Made by a program: the position numbers and the translations under genes. DNA of 40,744 nucleotides. Origin: Clostridia bacterium (GTDB lineage: Bacteria > Bacillota > Clostridia > Oscillospirales > CAG-382). Of the stretch, positions 1 to 7,954 are shown one piece after another (position 1 is the stretch's first letter; every line of letters begins with the position of its first letter). Under the pieces are notes generated by a model. That model had not been told where the DNA came from and did no database searches. It saw nothing but the letters and a program-made list of their open reading frames with translations. The stretch is taken from the NCBI GenBank assembly GCA_017549925.1, contig JAFYNA010000164.1, forward strand, positions 1-40,744, given 5' to 3'.

Positions 1-9
1 GGTTTCCCC

Positions 10-38
10 TTGACAAACGCCTCGCTTTTCCGTATAAT
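10..38 (+). promoter_or_regulatory. sigma-A-type promoter for the lipoprotein gene
   Basis: TTGACA (10-15), 17-nt spacer, TATAAT (33-38). Both hexamers match the consensus exactly, and the element lies about 35 nt upstream of the ATG at 72. Confidence 0.6.
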
Positions 39-71
39 AGAGGAAAAGAAAAACAAAAGGACTTGTTTGCC

Positions 72-1058
72 ATGAAAAAATTGCTTTGCTTGCTCCTTGC
101 CGCCTTGTGCGTATGCCTTGTTGCCTGCGGCGGGGAAGAGATCTCTCAGGTGGAGAGTACCCCTGCGGAAAGCTCTGTAACAGAAAGTAAGGAGGAATCC
201 TCTATGGAAAGCTCGGAAGAGATCTCCATCGACGTGATCCAGACCCTGCGGGATTCCGCCGAGGGGATGATCGACAGCCTGACCTACAAAAACAACGGTA
301 AAATGGGTGACTTGGACGGCCCTGCCTTCGCGGTGTATTCCGAGGTGGGATACAACGGTGCCTCCGCAACCCTGGATCTGAAGAACGCCTCTCTGCAGAG
401 GGTGCTTCCCGACGGTCGCTACGTAAACGCTTACGCCTTCTTCGGGATCGACGTGTATTCCGGCGCTTATTGGCAGAACTGCGTGGACGTGGGCTTCTGC
501 CGCAGCGGTTCCACGGGAAAGTGGCATTTGTTCTACAATATGTACCAGCCCTTGAACGAATCCACCTCCACTTGGTATGAATCCTCTGTGAACCTCCCCG
601 ACGATATTTACGACATGACCTTCGCCATGGAGGGGGATCAGTACGTGCGCCTCACCGTGACCGGCCGCAACCGCGGCAGAACGGACACCGTTTTGGTAGA
701 GGTAAAGGGTGCTAAGGCCAACGGCAGCAACACTGCTTTCCTGTTCAACGCGGCGCTGGACTACCCGCCCAACACCAAGGTGGACAGAGAGGGCAATTAC
801 AGCGAGGATTTCGCTGAGATCACCCTTGCCAACAGCGACAAGAATTTGTTCTTCAAGGATCTGTACGTTTCCGATCTGAAGCTGTACAGCGAGTCCAAGC
901 CCGAGGGCGAGGCATGGACCCCCGAGATGACCAATTCCACGGGCATCTGGCCGGATAAATCCGTGTCGGTGTTCGATTACGCCCCCACCACGGTGTATAC
1001 CTTCGACGGGTCCTCTTACCTGATCGATCTGGATATGAACCGCAAAAAAGCGGAATAA
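72..1058 (+). CDS. secreted lipoprotein, function unknown
   Basis: ORF track 63..1058 starts at TTG; the in-frame ATG at 72 follows AAAGGA (56-61). MKKLLCLLLAALCVCLVACGG reads as a signal peptide plus lipobox (LVAC). A Ser/Glu-rich linker follows, and I recognise no catalytic motif. Confidence 0.8.
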   Translation: MKKLLCLLLAALCVCLVACGGEEISQVESTPAESSVTESKEESSMESSEEISIDVIQTLRDSAEGMIDSLTYKNNGKMGDLDGPAFAVYSEVGYNGASATLDLKNASLQRVLPDGRYVNAYAFFGIDVYSGAYWQNCVDVGFCRSGSTGKWHLFYNMYQPLNESTSTWYESSVNLPDDIYDMTFAMEGDQYVRLTVTGRNRGRTDTVLVEVKGAKANGSNTAFLFNAALDYPPNTKVDREGNYSEDFAEITLANSDKNLFFKDLYVSDLKLYSESKPEGEAWTPEMTNSTGIWPDKSVSVFDYAPTTVYTFDGSSYLIDLDMNRKKAE

Positions 1059-1063
1059 GAGGG

Positions 1064-1095
1064 AAACGCCTCCTGTTTTGGGAGGCGTTTTTTTG
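1064..1095 (+). terminator. intrinsic terminator after the lipoprotein gene
   Basis: Stem AAACGCCTCC (1064-1073) pairs with GGAGGCGTTT (1081-1090) around a 7-nt loop and is followed by a T-run. Confidence 0.75.
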
Positions 1096-1104
1096 CGGAT
1101 AGAC

Positions 1105-1133
1105 TTGAAAAGCCTGCTTTTTTGTGGTAAAGT
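1105..1133 (+). promoter_or_regulatory. candidate promoter for the metallophosphoesterase gene
   Basis: TTGAAA (1105-1110), 17-nt spacer, TAAAGT (1128-1133), with an extended -10 TG at 1125-1126. Confidence 0.45.
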
Positions 1134-1164
1134 AAGGGTAACGAACCAATAGGAGGACATGGAG

Positions 1165-3750
1165 ATGAAAAAAGCGTTGTCCATATTGATCTGCTTGCTT
1201 TTGTGCGTTCAGCTTGTGGGTGCGGAATTGCTTTCCGCGGAAGCCGAGGGAGTAACCTTGCTCTTTGAGGATTCTTTTACCTACGCAAGCTTTGATTCCA
1301 TGACCGGCTCTGGGGTATGGGGCTTGGAGACCGTACGGAAAACCGATGCCAAGGCTCCCGTTCTTGAAAACGGCGCGTTGGTGGTTTCCGAAAGGAGCAG
1401 TGTTAAGTTTGATTGGACCAAGGTGGAGGGCGTGGGGGATTATGACAGCGCAAAGACCTATATTTTCTCCTTTGACCTTACCCTTACCGACAAGGGCGAC
1501 GGAAGTAACTGGGGAGGCGAAGTGCATACCCGGGGCATCTACGTGGCCTTTGGCGGTTGGTATAACCTGATCGAAATGCCCACCCGGGAAAACATCGTGA
1601 AGCTGGGCGGCACCACCGAGACCTACTCCGACGGCAAGTATCTCAACAAGAGGATGCACGCTACCGTGATCTGGGAGGGAACGGAGCTTTCTATCTCCCT
1701 TACGGACGAATCCGGCAAGGAGCTGATCTCCGGCAAGCGGAGCAGCGGGGACTTTGTGAATATGACAATCCAGCAAGCCGCCATGACCAATCTGGTGTTG
1801 CGCTGTGAGGACGGCGCTTTTGAGGTGGATAACTTCACCTTCTCCGTGAAGGAGGTTCCTATGCTGGACCGCAAGGAGGTTATCCTGCAGGACGGCGAGA
1901 TGGCGGTGTATTCCTGCGGCATCGACTATACGGGAGAGGGCAAGACCAGCGTGAAATTCGGCGGCGCAGAGCTGTTTTCCGTGGAAGGCACTGCGCTGAG
2001 CGTGGCGGGCAAAACCGTTCCCGGTAGCTACGACAAGGGACTTTACACCGTGAACGTGTGCATAAGCCCCGAGCAGGAGATGGTCGCCGTGGAGGTCATC
2101 CTGCCCGACGGCGGTATGGTGCGGCGAGGCTTTTATACCCTGCTGGGCGGGGATGCGGTGTGTATCTTTGCCACGGGAGAAAGCAAGGTGACCTTTGCGG
2201 AGTTGGATGAGACCGAAGCCGCCATCAACGCATACAGCTATACCGAAGCCGAGCCGCAATACAGCGGCGTAGGGGCGAAGATCTATAATATCGTTACCTC
2301 CTTTGACATGGCTCAGACTACTCGTAACCTTGCTTGGACGGTGAATGCAAGCTTCCAAGCCGGCCGCGATGTGGCGCTTCAGTACCGCAAGGCAGGGGAG
2401 ACGGAGTGGCTTACCGCTGACGGCATTCAGGAGCAGGAATCCACCAATACCTTGGACGAAAATTATTTCAAATGCGATTTGACGGATCTGCAGGCTGATA
2501 CCTGCTACGAATACAGGATCGGCATCAAGGACAGCAAGGACGAAGCGGGAGAGTGGACGGAGATCTACAGCTTCACCACCGCCCCTCAGGAGATCTCGGA
2601 GTTTTCCTTCATCGCCGTGGGAGACACCCAAGGCATCACCTGGAACGGCAAAACCACAAGCGACAAGGGCTTTATGTACGCCATGAGCGCTTACCAAGAG
2701 GCCTTTGAGGAGCTTTCCAACCCTGCGTTTATTGTACACGTGGGAGACGTGGTGGAAACCGGCAACAACAAAAAGATGTGGAATCTCTATTTCAAGACCT
2801 TGGGGGATAAGGGGACTTCCGTTCCCATGTTTGCCGCCATCGGCAACCACGATACCTGGGGCGGGCCGGTTTATTTCGACCTCCACTTCAACCACCCCAA
2901 CAACGGCGGCACGGCGGCTTTGGATGCAACCTATCTGAACAGCCTTACCGACGGCAATCTGCGGCGTATTTTCCAAACCGCAGACGAAACCATCTATTCC
3001 TACGACTACGGCAATGCCCATTTCATCGTGCTGAACACCGGCAGCTACTGCGGGGAGGATCAGTATTTGATCGAAGCCCAGCGAGAATGGCTGATTGCGG
3101 ATCTGGAGGCTCACAGGGATGCCAAGTGGACGGTTCTGATGTTCCATCAGCCCATCTATCACAGAATGGGAGAGGGTCAGTCCAGACCCTGGCTTTCGGA
3201 CGTGATCGAGGGCTACGGCGTGGATCTGGTGATCCAGGGACATTCCCACTTGGTGACCCGTACCTACCCCATGAAGGATGGACAGATCGTTACCAAGGAA
3301 AATCTTGACGTGATCCCCAAGGGGACGGGCACGGTGTACACCACCATCGGCTCCACCGCATTGAATCACGACGGCGCAGGGGATTCCACCTACGAGGAGG
3401 AAATGGCGGTGCTGTTGACCCCCACACCCACCCAATCCGCTTATACCATCGTGACGGTGAAGGGTGATTCCTTGGTGGTGACCACCAAGCAGATCAACGG
3501 CTTCGTGCTGGATCAGTTCACCCTTTTGGCGGAGACGGAGAAAGTACCCGATACGGACACCTCCCGTGAAGAAAGCGTTTCGGGAGAGGAAAGCGAAGAG
3601 AGCTTCCCCTCCGAGAGCAATTTCTCGGAAAACAACGTCATCCCCGAGGAGAAAGACGGCGGAGACGGTCTGTGGATCGCCGTGCTTGCCGCAGGCGTTT
3701 TGGTGGTCGGCGCGGCGTTGCTTCTCCTGCTGAAGCGGAAGAAAAAATAA
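1165..3750 (+). CDS. cell-surface metallophosphoesterase, purple-acid-phosphatase-like, with a C-terminal TM anchor
   Basis: ORF 1159..3750. The ATG at 1165 lies 8 nt after AGGAGG (1151-1156), whereas the ATG at 1159 is too close to it. Signal peptide MKKALSILICLLLCVQLVGA. Calcineurin-like motifs are present: GDTQG, GDVVETGN, GNHD, MFHQP, GHSH. A Fn3-like PAP N-domain precedes them (CYEYRIG...FTTAP), and an acidic linker plus hydrophobic helix plus KRKKK forms the C-terminus. Confidence 0.85.
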   Translation: MKKALSILICLLLCVQLVGAELLSAEAEGVTLLFEDSFTYASFDSMTGSGVWGLETVRKTDAKAPVLENGALVVSERSSVKFDWTKVEGVGDYDSAKTYIFSFDLTLTDKGDGSNWGGEVHTRGIYVAFGGWYNLIEMPTRENIVKLGGTTETYSDGKYLNKRMHATVIWEGTELSISLTDESGKELISGKRSSGDFVNMTIQQAAMTNLVLRCEDGAFEVDNFTFSVKEVPMLDRKEVILQDGEMAVYSCGIDYTGEGKTSVKFGGAELFSVEGTALSVAGKTVPGSYDKGLYTVNVCISPEQEMVAVEVILPDGGMVRRGFYTLLGGDAVCIFATGESKVTFAELDETEAAINAYSYTEAEPQYSGVGAKIYNIVTSFDMAQTTRNLAWTVNASFQAGRDVALQYRKAGETEWLTADGIQEQESTNTLDENYFKCDLTDLQADTCYEYRIGIKDSKDEAGEWTEIYSFTTAPQEISEFSFIAVGDTQGITWNGKTTSDKGFMYAMSAYQEAFEELSNPAFIVHVGDVVETGNNKKMWNLYFKTLGDKGTSVPMFAAIGNHDTWGGPVYFDLHFNHPNNGGTAALDATYLNSLTDGNLRRIFQTADETIYSYDYGNAHFIVLNTGSYCGEDQYLIEAQREWLIADLEAHRDAKWTVLMFHQPIYHRMGEGQSRPWLSDVIEGYGVDLVIQGHSHLVTRTYPMKDGQIVTKENLDVIPKGTGTVYTTIGSTALNHDGAGDSTYEEEMAVLLTPTPTQSAYTIVTVKGDSLVVTTKQINGFVLDQFTLLAETEKVPDTDTSREESVSGEESEESFPSESNFSENNVIPEEKDGGDGLWIAVLAAGVLVVGAALLLLLKRKKK

Positions 3751-3770
3751 GCTTGTGATCAAAAGAAGGT

Positions 3771-3806
3771 ATGCTTCTCCCGCCGGGGAGAAGCATATCG
3801 TTTTTT
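3771..3806. terminator. intrinsic terminator between convergent genes
   Basis: An 11-bp stem, ATGCTTCTCCC (3771-3781) with GGGAGAAGCAT (3786-3796), closes a GCCG loop. T6 follows at 3801-3806, and the A-rich 5' flank could serve the minus strand. Confidence 0.75.
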
Positions 3807-3829
3807 GCCGTGCTTTTTTGGGTTTTCTC

Positions 3830-3858
3830 TTGATTTTTCGGCGTGTTTGGAGTATAAT
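3830..3858 (+). promoter_or_regulatory. orphan near-consensus promoter pointing antisense into the deacetylase gene
   Basis: TTGATT (3830-3835), 17-nt spacer, TATAAT (3853-3858). No credible + strand CDS lies downstream; there is only the antisense ORF 3906..5354. Confidence 0.35.
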
Positions 3859-3872
3859 ATTTTACTGGAGAA

Positions 3873-5273
3873 TTATAGGGAAGCAAGGTCGGAAACGGTG
3901 ACGAATTGATACCCTTGGGCCTGAAGCTTGGGGATCAGGATCTCCAAGGCCTCCGCCGTGGGGCTTTTCCCCGCCACGTAATCGTGGAAGAGGATGATGT
4001 CCCCGTTTTTCACTCCCGACAGTACGGTGTTCACCACGCTGTCCACCGAGACGGAAGCCCAATCTCGGGTATCCACCCGCCAGGACCACAGCACGTAGCG
4101 GTAGCCCAGGCTGTTGACCAGCTCCACCGCCTCCCCCGTGATATCTCCGCCGGGAGGGCGGAACACCGTTGGGGTAACGCCGCAGAGATCCTGCAGAAGA
4201 AATTCCGTGGAGAGGATCTCCTTTTTCAGCATTTCCTCGCTGACGGCAGAGACCTTACAGTGGGAATAGGTGTGGTTGCCGATCTCGTGGCCTTGTATCG
4301 CCGCCATTTTTACCAGCTCGGGATGGGCTTTTACGTTTTCCCCGATGGGGAAGAAGGTGGCCTTCACCCCGTATTTTTGCAGAACCGCCAAGATCCGCGC
4401 CGTTTGGTCCTTATGAGGGCCGTCGTCGAAGGTCAAGGCCAAATATTTCCCCGCCGTGGGGTTCTCCGAGAACACCAGACCCTGCTCCTCCAGATCCTTC
4501 ACCTCGAAGGTGGGGCGCAAGGCCAGCTCCTCCAAGGTGCCGAAGCGGTAGCCCTGCTCCTTGGCCTTAGTCAAGAAGGTATCCAGAATGGCCGCATTGG
4601 TGGCAGAGGTGGGATGGAGAAGCAATACCTCTCCGGGATGCAGGTTGGAAAGCAGCTTATCCAAGGCTTTTTCCTCGTTCATTTGGGAGTTGTTGTCCCA
4701 ATCCGCGTAGGCATAGGACCAGAACACCGGGGTGTAGCCCAATTCCTCGCAGAATTTCAAGGTGTTTTCCGAAAAAGTTCCCTCCGGGGGACGGAAGAAT
4801 TTCGCCATGGTCTTGCCTGTCAAGGCGGTGTAGGCCTCCTCCACACCCTGCAATTCCTTTTGGAACTCTACGAGGCTATTGATCGTTGCCATATTTTTGT
4901 GGCTGGTGCTGTGGTTGCACACCAAATGCCCCTCTTCCGCCATACGGGTCACCACGTGGGGAGAATTTTTGATAATTCCGGGCAGAATAAAGAAGGCACC
5001 CTTGGCATCATGCTTTTGCAGAACGTCCAGCACCTTGGCGACGTTGCCGTTTTCATACCCTGCATCGAAGGTAAGGTACAGTACCTTTTCCTCTGTACTG
5101 CCCATGGCCAAGGCATCGTAGTCCCGCCAAAGCGTATCCCCGCCCAAAAGCTGGGGCTGCTCGTTCCCTGCGGGCTTGAAGAACCAGCGGTATTCCTTGG
5201 TGCTTGCAGAGGCGGAAACTCCAAGAACACAGAAAACCAACAAAACGGCAAGCGTTTTGATATATTTTCGCAT
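3873..5273 (-). CDS. secreted polysaccharide deacetylase with two NodB domains (PdaA-like N-terminal domain, canonical C-terminal domain)
   Basis: ORF 3873..5300 starts at GTG; the ATG at 5273 lies 6 nt after AAAGGAGG. Signal peptide MRKYIKTLAVLLVFCVLGVSASA. Domain 1 reads LTFDAGYENGN...CNHSTSH, like the PdaA delta-lactam de-N-acetylase. Domain 2 reads LTFDDGPH...GNHTYSH. Confidence 0.85.
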   Translation of the reverse strand: MRKYIKTLAVLLVFCVLGVSASASTKEYRWFFKPAGNEQPQLLGGDTLWRDYDALAMGSTEEKVLYLTFDAGYENGNVAKVLDVLQKHDAKGAFFILPGIIKNSPHVVTRMAEEGHLVCNHSTSHKNMATINSLVEFQKELQGVEEAYTALTGKTMAKFFRPPEGTFSENTLKFCEELGYTPVFWSYAYADWDNNSQMNEEKALDKLLSNLHPGEVLLLHPTSATNAAILDTFLTKAKEQGYRFGTLEELALRPTFEVKDLEEQGLVFSENPTAGKYLALTFDDGPHKDQTARILAVLQKYGVKATFFPIGENVKAHPELVKMAAIQGHEIGNHTYSHCKVSAVSEEMLKKEILSTEFLLQDLCGVTPTVFRPPGGDITGEAVELVNSLGYRYVLWSWRVDTRDWASVSVDSVVNTVLSGVKNGDIILFHDYVAGKSPTAEALEILIPKLQAQGYQFVTVSDLASL

Positions 5274-5366
5274 AACAAACCTCCTTTCAATGGTTTGCAC
5301 ATAGTGTTTGCAGGAAGGGATGGGCTTATCACAGAGAATTTTTTCATTTCATAAGGAGATCACAAT

Positions 5367-6131
5367 ATGATGGTAGTTTGGCAACCCCTGGTTTCGGTAA
5401 AGGAAGAGCCCAAGGATTACATCCAGCAGACTGACGAGATGCTCTATGGAGATACCTGCGAGATCCTGGAGGAGGCAGGGAAGTACGTAAAGATCCGTTC
5501 CGATTACGGATACGAGGGATACGTGTTGAGAGAAGCGTTGAAAGAGCTGACCGTAGAGCCCAATGCCATGGTCTCCGTGCCCTTTGCGGATTTTCTGCCG
5601 GAGGCAAAGAACTGGTTTGCCCCCGTGTCGGTTTTGCCCAGAGGCGCCAGAGTACACGTGGAGGATTACCCCGACCGTCCCCGTTACGGCGTGGGAAAGA
5701 TGCACGAGGGTGAGGATCTGTACGTCCATAAGAACCACCTGCGGGAAATTCCCACCGGGGAAGGCACCGAGGAAGAGCTTCGTGAGGGGATCGTAAAGGC
5801 CGCCCTCAGCTATCTGGGCGTGCAATACCGTTGGGGCGGCAGAACCCCTGCGGGCGTGGATTGCTCCGGTCTTTGCTTTATGGCGTACCGCTTGAACGGG
5901 CTGACCATTTGGAGAGACGCCGATTTTGAAAAGAACCCACACCTGCGGAAGATCACCATCGAGGAGGCCAAGCCCGGTGATTTGATGTTCTTCCCCGGTC
6001 ATATCGCCATGTATTTGGGGAACGGGGAGTTCGTTCACTCCACTGCGGGAGTGGGCATGGTGGTGAGAGACACCCTGGAAAACGCTAAGGATCTGGTGGC
6101 AAGGATGCACACCGTTGCCACGTATTTTTAA
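5367..6131 (+). CDS. NlpC/P60 (C40) peptidase with N-terminal SH3-like domains
   Basis: AAGGAG lies 8 nt upstream of the ATG. GVDCSGL carries the catalytic Cys and GHIAMYLG...VHS the His. There is no signal peptide, which recalls the YkfC-type cell-wall peptide recycling enzymes. Confidence 0.85.
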   Translation: MMVVWQPLVSVKEEPKDYIQQTDEMLYGDTCEILEEAGKYVKIRSDYGYEGYVLREALKELTVEPNAMVSVPFADFLPEAKNWFAPVSVLPRGARVHVEDYPDRPRYGVGKMHEGEDLYVHKNHLREIPTGEGTEEELREGIVKAALSYLGVQYRWGGRTPAGVDCSGLCFMAYRLNGLTIWRDADFEKNPHLRKITIEEAKPGDLMFFPGHIAMYLGNGEFVHSTAGVGMVVRDTLENAKDLVARMHTVATYF

Positions 6132-6134
6132 GGT

Positions 6135-7514
6135 ATGAACGTAACACAGCAAGAAATCAAGGAACAAGCCGAAATTGCCCTTTCTCTGCGCGCTTTGTTC
6201 GCCGGGAAAAAGGGAATGGTGCGCACCTTCGGGTGTCAGCAGAACGAGGCGGACGGCGAGCGGATCTTAGGGGAGCTGGCAGACTGCGGTCTGACCCCCA
6301 CGGAGGAGCTTTCGGAGGCCGACGTGGTGATCTTAAACACCTGCGCCATCCGTGAGCACGCGGAGCAACGGGTGCTGGGCATCATCGGCTCTATGAAAAA
6401 AGAAAAAGAAAAACGCCCCGATATGCTCATCGGTATGTGCGGCTGTATGGCCCAGGAGCGGCATCGCCAGGATCTGCTGATGCAGAGCTATCCCTTTGTG
6501 GATTTCCTTTTCGGCACGGACAGACACCATCGGGTGCCCGAGATCCTGCGGGAGGCATTGCGTTCCCGCAAGCAGAGACAGTTCGTCACCGATCTGCCCC
6601 ACAACGAGTTTGGGGTGATCTCCGAGGGAACGCCCGTCTACCGCGACAGCGACTACAAGGCCAAGGTCTCGGTGATGTACGGGTGCAACAACTTCTGCTC
6701 CTATTGCATCGTGCCCTACGTAAGAGGGCATGAACGGAGCAGAGCCTCCGCACAGGTCTTGGAGGAGGTTGGCTCCTTGGTGCAGGCGGGCTACAAGGAC
6801 ATTATGCTGTTGGGGCAGAACGTGAATTCCTACCGCGGAGACGTGGATTTTCCCACCCTGCTGGAAAAATGTGCCTCCTTCGAGGGAGACTATTGGGTGC
6901 GTTTTATGACCTCCCATCCCAAGGATGCGTCCCCCGCTTTGGTGCGGGTGATGGCGGAGCAGCCCAAGGTGGCAAAGCACTTCCACCTGCCCTTCCAATC
7001 GGGTAACGACAGAATTCTTTCTGCCATGAACCGCAAGTACAATCGGGAACAATATTTAGAGAAGGCCCTTGCCATCAAGGAGCAGGTGAAGGACGTTTCC
7101 TTGACCTCCGACGTGATCGTAGGCTTCCCCACGGAGACGGAGAAGGAATTCCTTGACACCGTAGAGCTGGTGAAGCAGGTGGGCTTTGATATGCTGTATA
7201 CCTTCATTTATTCTCCCCGCAAGGGTACCGTAGCGGAGAAGATGGAGGGGCGCATCCCCCACGAGGAGCAGGTGCGGCGTTTTTCCTACCTGTCCGACGT
7301 GCAAAACGAGATCGCCCAAAAGAACAACGATGCCTTCTTAGGCAAGGTACTTACCGTGCTTTCCGAGGGCGTCAACGAAAAAGGCATTCCCACGGGCAGA
7401 AGCTCGGGGAACAAGATCGTGACCTTTGATGCACCCGTTCTCCAGGGAACCTTCTGCAAGGTCAAAATAGACACCGCCAGACAGTACGCGCTGAGCGGAA
7501 TTGTAAAGGATTGA
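6135..7514 (+). CDS. miaB: tRNA-2-methylthio-N6-dimethylallyladenosine synthase
   Basis: UPF0004 N-domain (FGCQQNEAD, NTCAIRE), radical-SAM CNNFCSYCIVPYVRG and a C-terminal TRAM domain. Synteny miaB-ymcA-mutS-mutL matches Bacillus. Confidence 0.92.
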   Translation: MNVTQQEIKEQAEIALSLRALFAGKKGMVRTFGCQQNEADGERILGELADCGLTPTEELSEADVVILNTCAIREHAEQRVLGIIGSMKKEKEKRPDMLIGMCGCMAQERHRQDLLMQSYPFVDFLFGTDRHHRVPEILREALRSRKQRQFVTDLPHNEFGVISEGTPVYRDSDYKAKVSVMYGCNNFCSYCIVPYVRGHERSRASAQVLEEVGSLVQAGYKDIMLLGQNVNSYRGDVDFPTLLEKCASFEGDYWVRFMTSHPKDASPALVRVMAEQPKVAKHFHLPFQSGNDRILSAMNRKYNREQYLEKALAIKEQVKDVSLTSDVIVGFPTETEKEFLDTVELVKQVGFDMLYTFIYSPRKGTVAEKMEGRIPHEEQVRRFSYLSDVQNEIAQKNNDAFLGKVLTVLSEGVNEKGIPTGRSSGNKIVTFDAPVLQGTFCKVKIDTARQYALSGIVKD

Positions 7515-7535
7515 AATACGAAAGGATAAAGACCC

Positions 7536-7928
7536 ATGAACGAACAATTGAGAATTGCTTTAGAAAACTTTTTGAACGCCCTGCGCGACAGCGAAGAGGT
7601 GGTCAGATATCAGAACGCAAAGGCCCTTTACCTCACCGATTCCAAGCTGGGCGCTTTGATCGGGGAGTATAACCTGCAAGGACAGCTCCTGCGGGACGAG
7701 GGCAGTAAGGAAGAGCGGGACGAAGCCCGTATCGCCGAGATCACCACAAAGCTCACCGAGCTGTACGACGAGATCATGGCCAACGAGACCATGGCGGATA
7801 TGCAGGCGGCAGAGCAGGAGATCTCTGCCATTGTAAATGATGTAAACCGCGGAATGCAGTCCATTCTGCAACCCGAAATGGAAGGCGGATGCAGCGGAAA
7901 CTGCTCCTCCTGCTCCTCTTGCCACTAA
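7536..7928 (+). CDS. YmcA/YlbF (RicA/RicF)-family protein with a Cys4 C-terminal tail
   Basis: A 130-aa helical protein that occupies the position of B. subtilis ymcA between miaB (ymcB) and mutS. Its C-terminus reads GGCSGNCSSCSSCH. Confidence 0.6.
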   Translation: MNEQLRIALENFLNALRDSEEVVRYQNAKALYLTDSKLGALIGEYNLQGQLLRDEGSKEERDEARIAEITTKLTELYDEIMANETMADMQAAEQEISAIVNDVNRGMQSILQPEMEGGCSGNCSSCSSCH

Positions 7929-7954
7929 TTTCTATAAAAGGATAGGTTTTCGCT

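Noticed and set aside
853-3762. A 969-aa ORF on the minus strand, the longest in the window.
   Set aside because: It is antisense to the well-supported metallophosphoesterase gene and runs straight through a terminator hairpin and the end of the lipoprotein gene. Its composition is Gly/His/Arg/Val-rich, as expected when GC3-rich codons are read backwards, and it has no RBS or recognisable motifs.
3906-5354. A 482-aa plus-strand ORF downstream of the orphan promoter at 3830-3858.
   Set aside because: It is antisense to the two-NodB deacetylase gene and has no RBS at its start. Its composition is Gly/Arg/His-rich. If the promoter is active, its product is more likely a non-coding antisense RNA.
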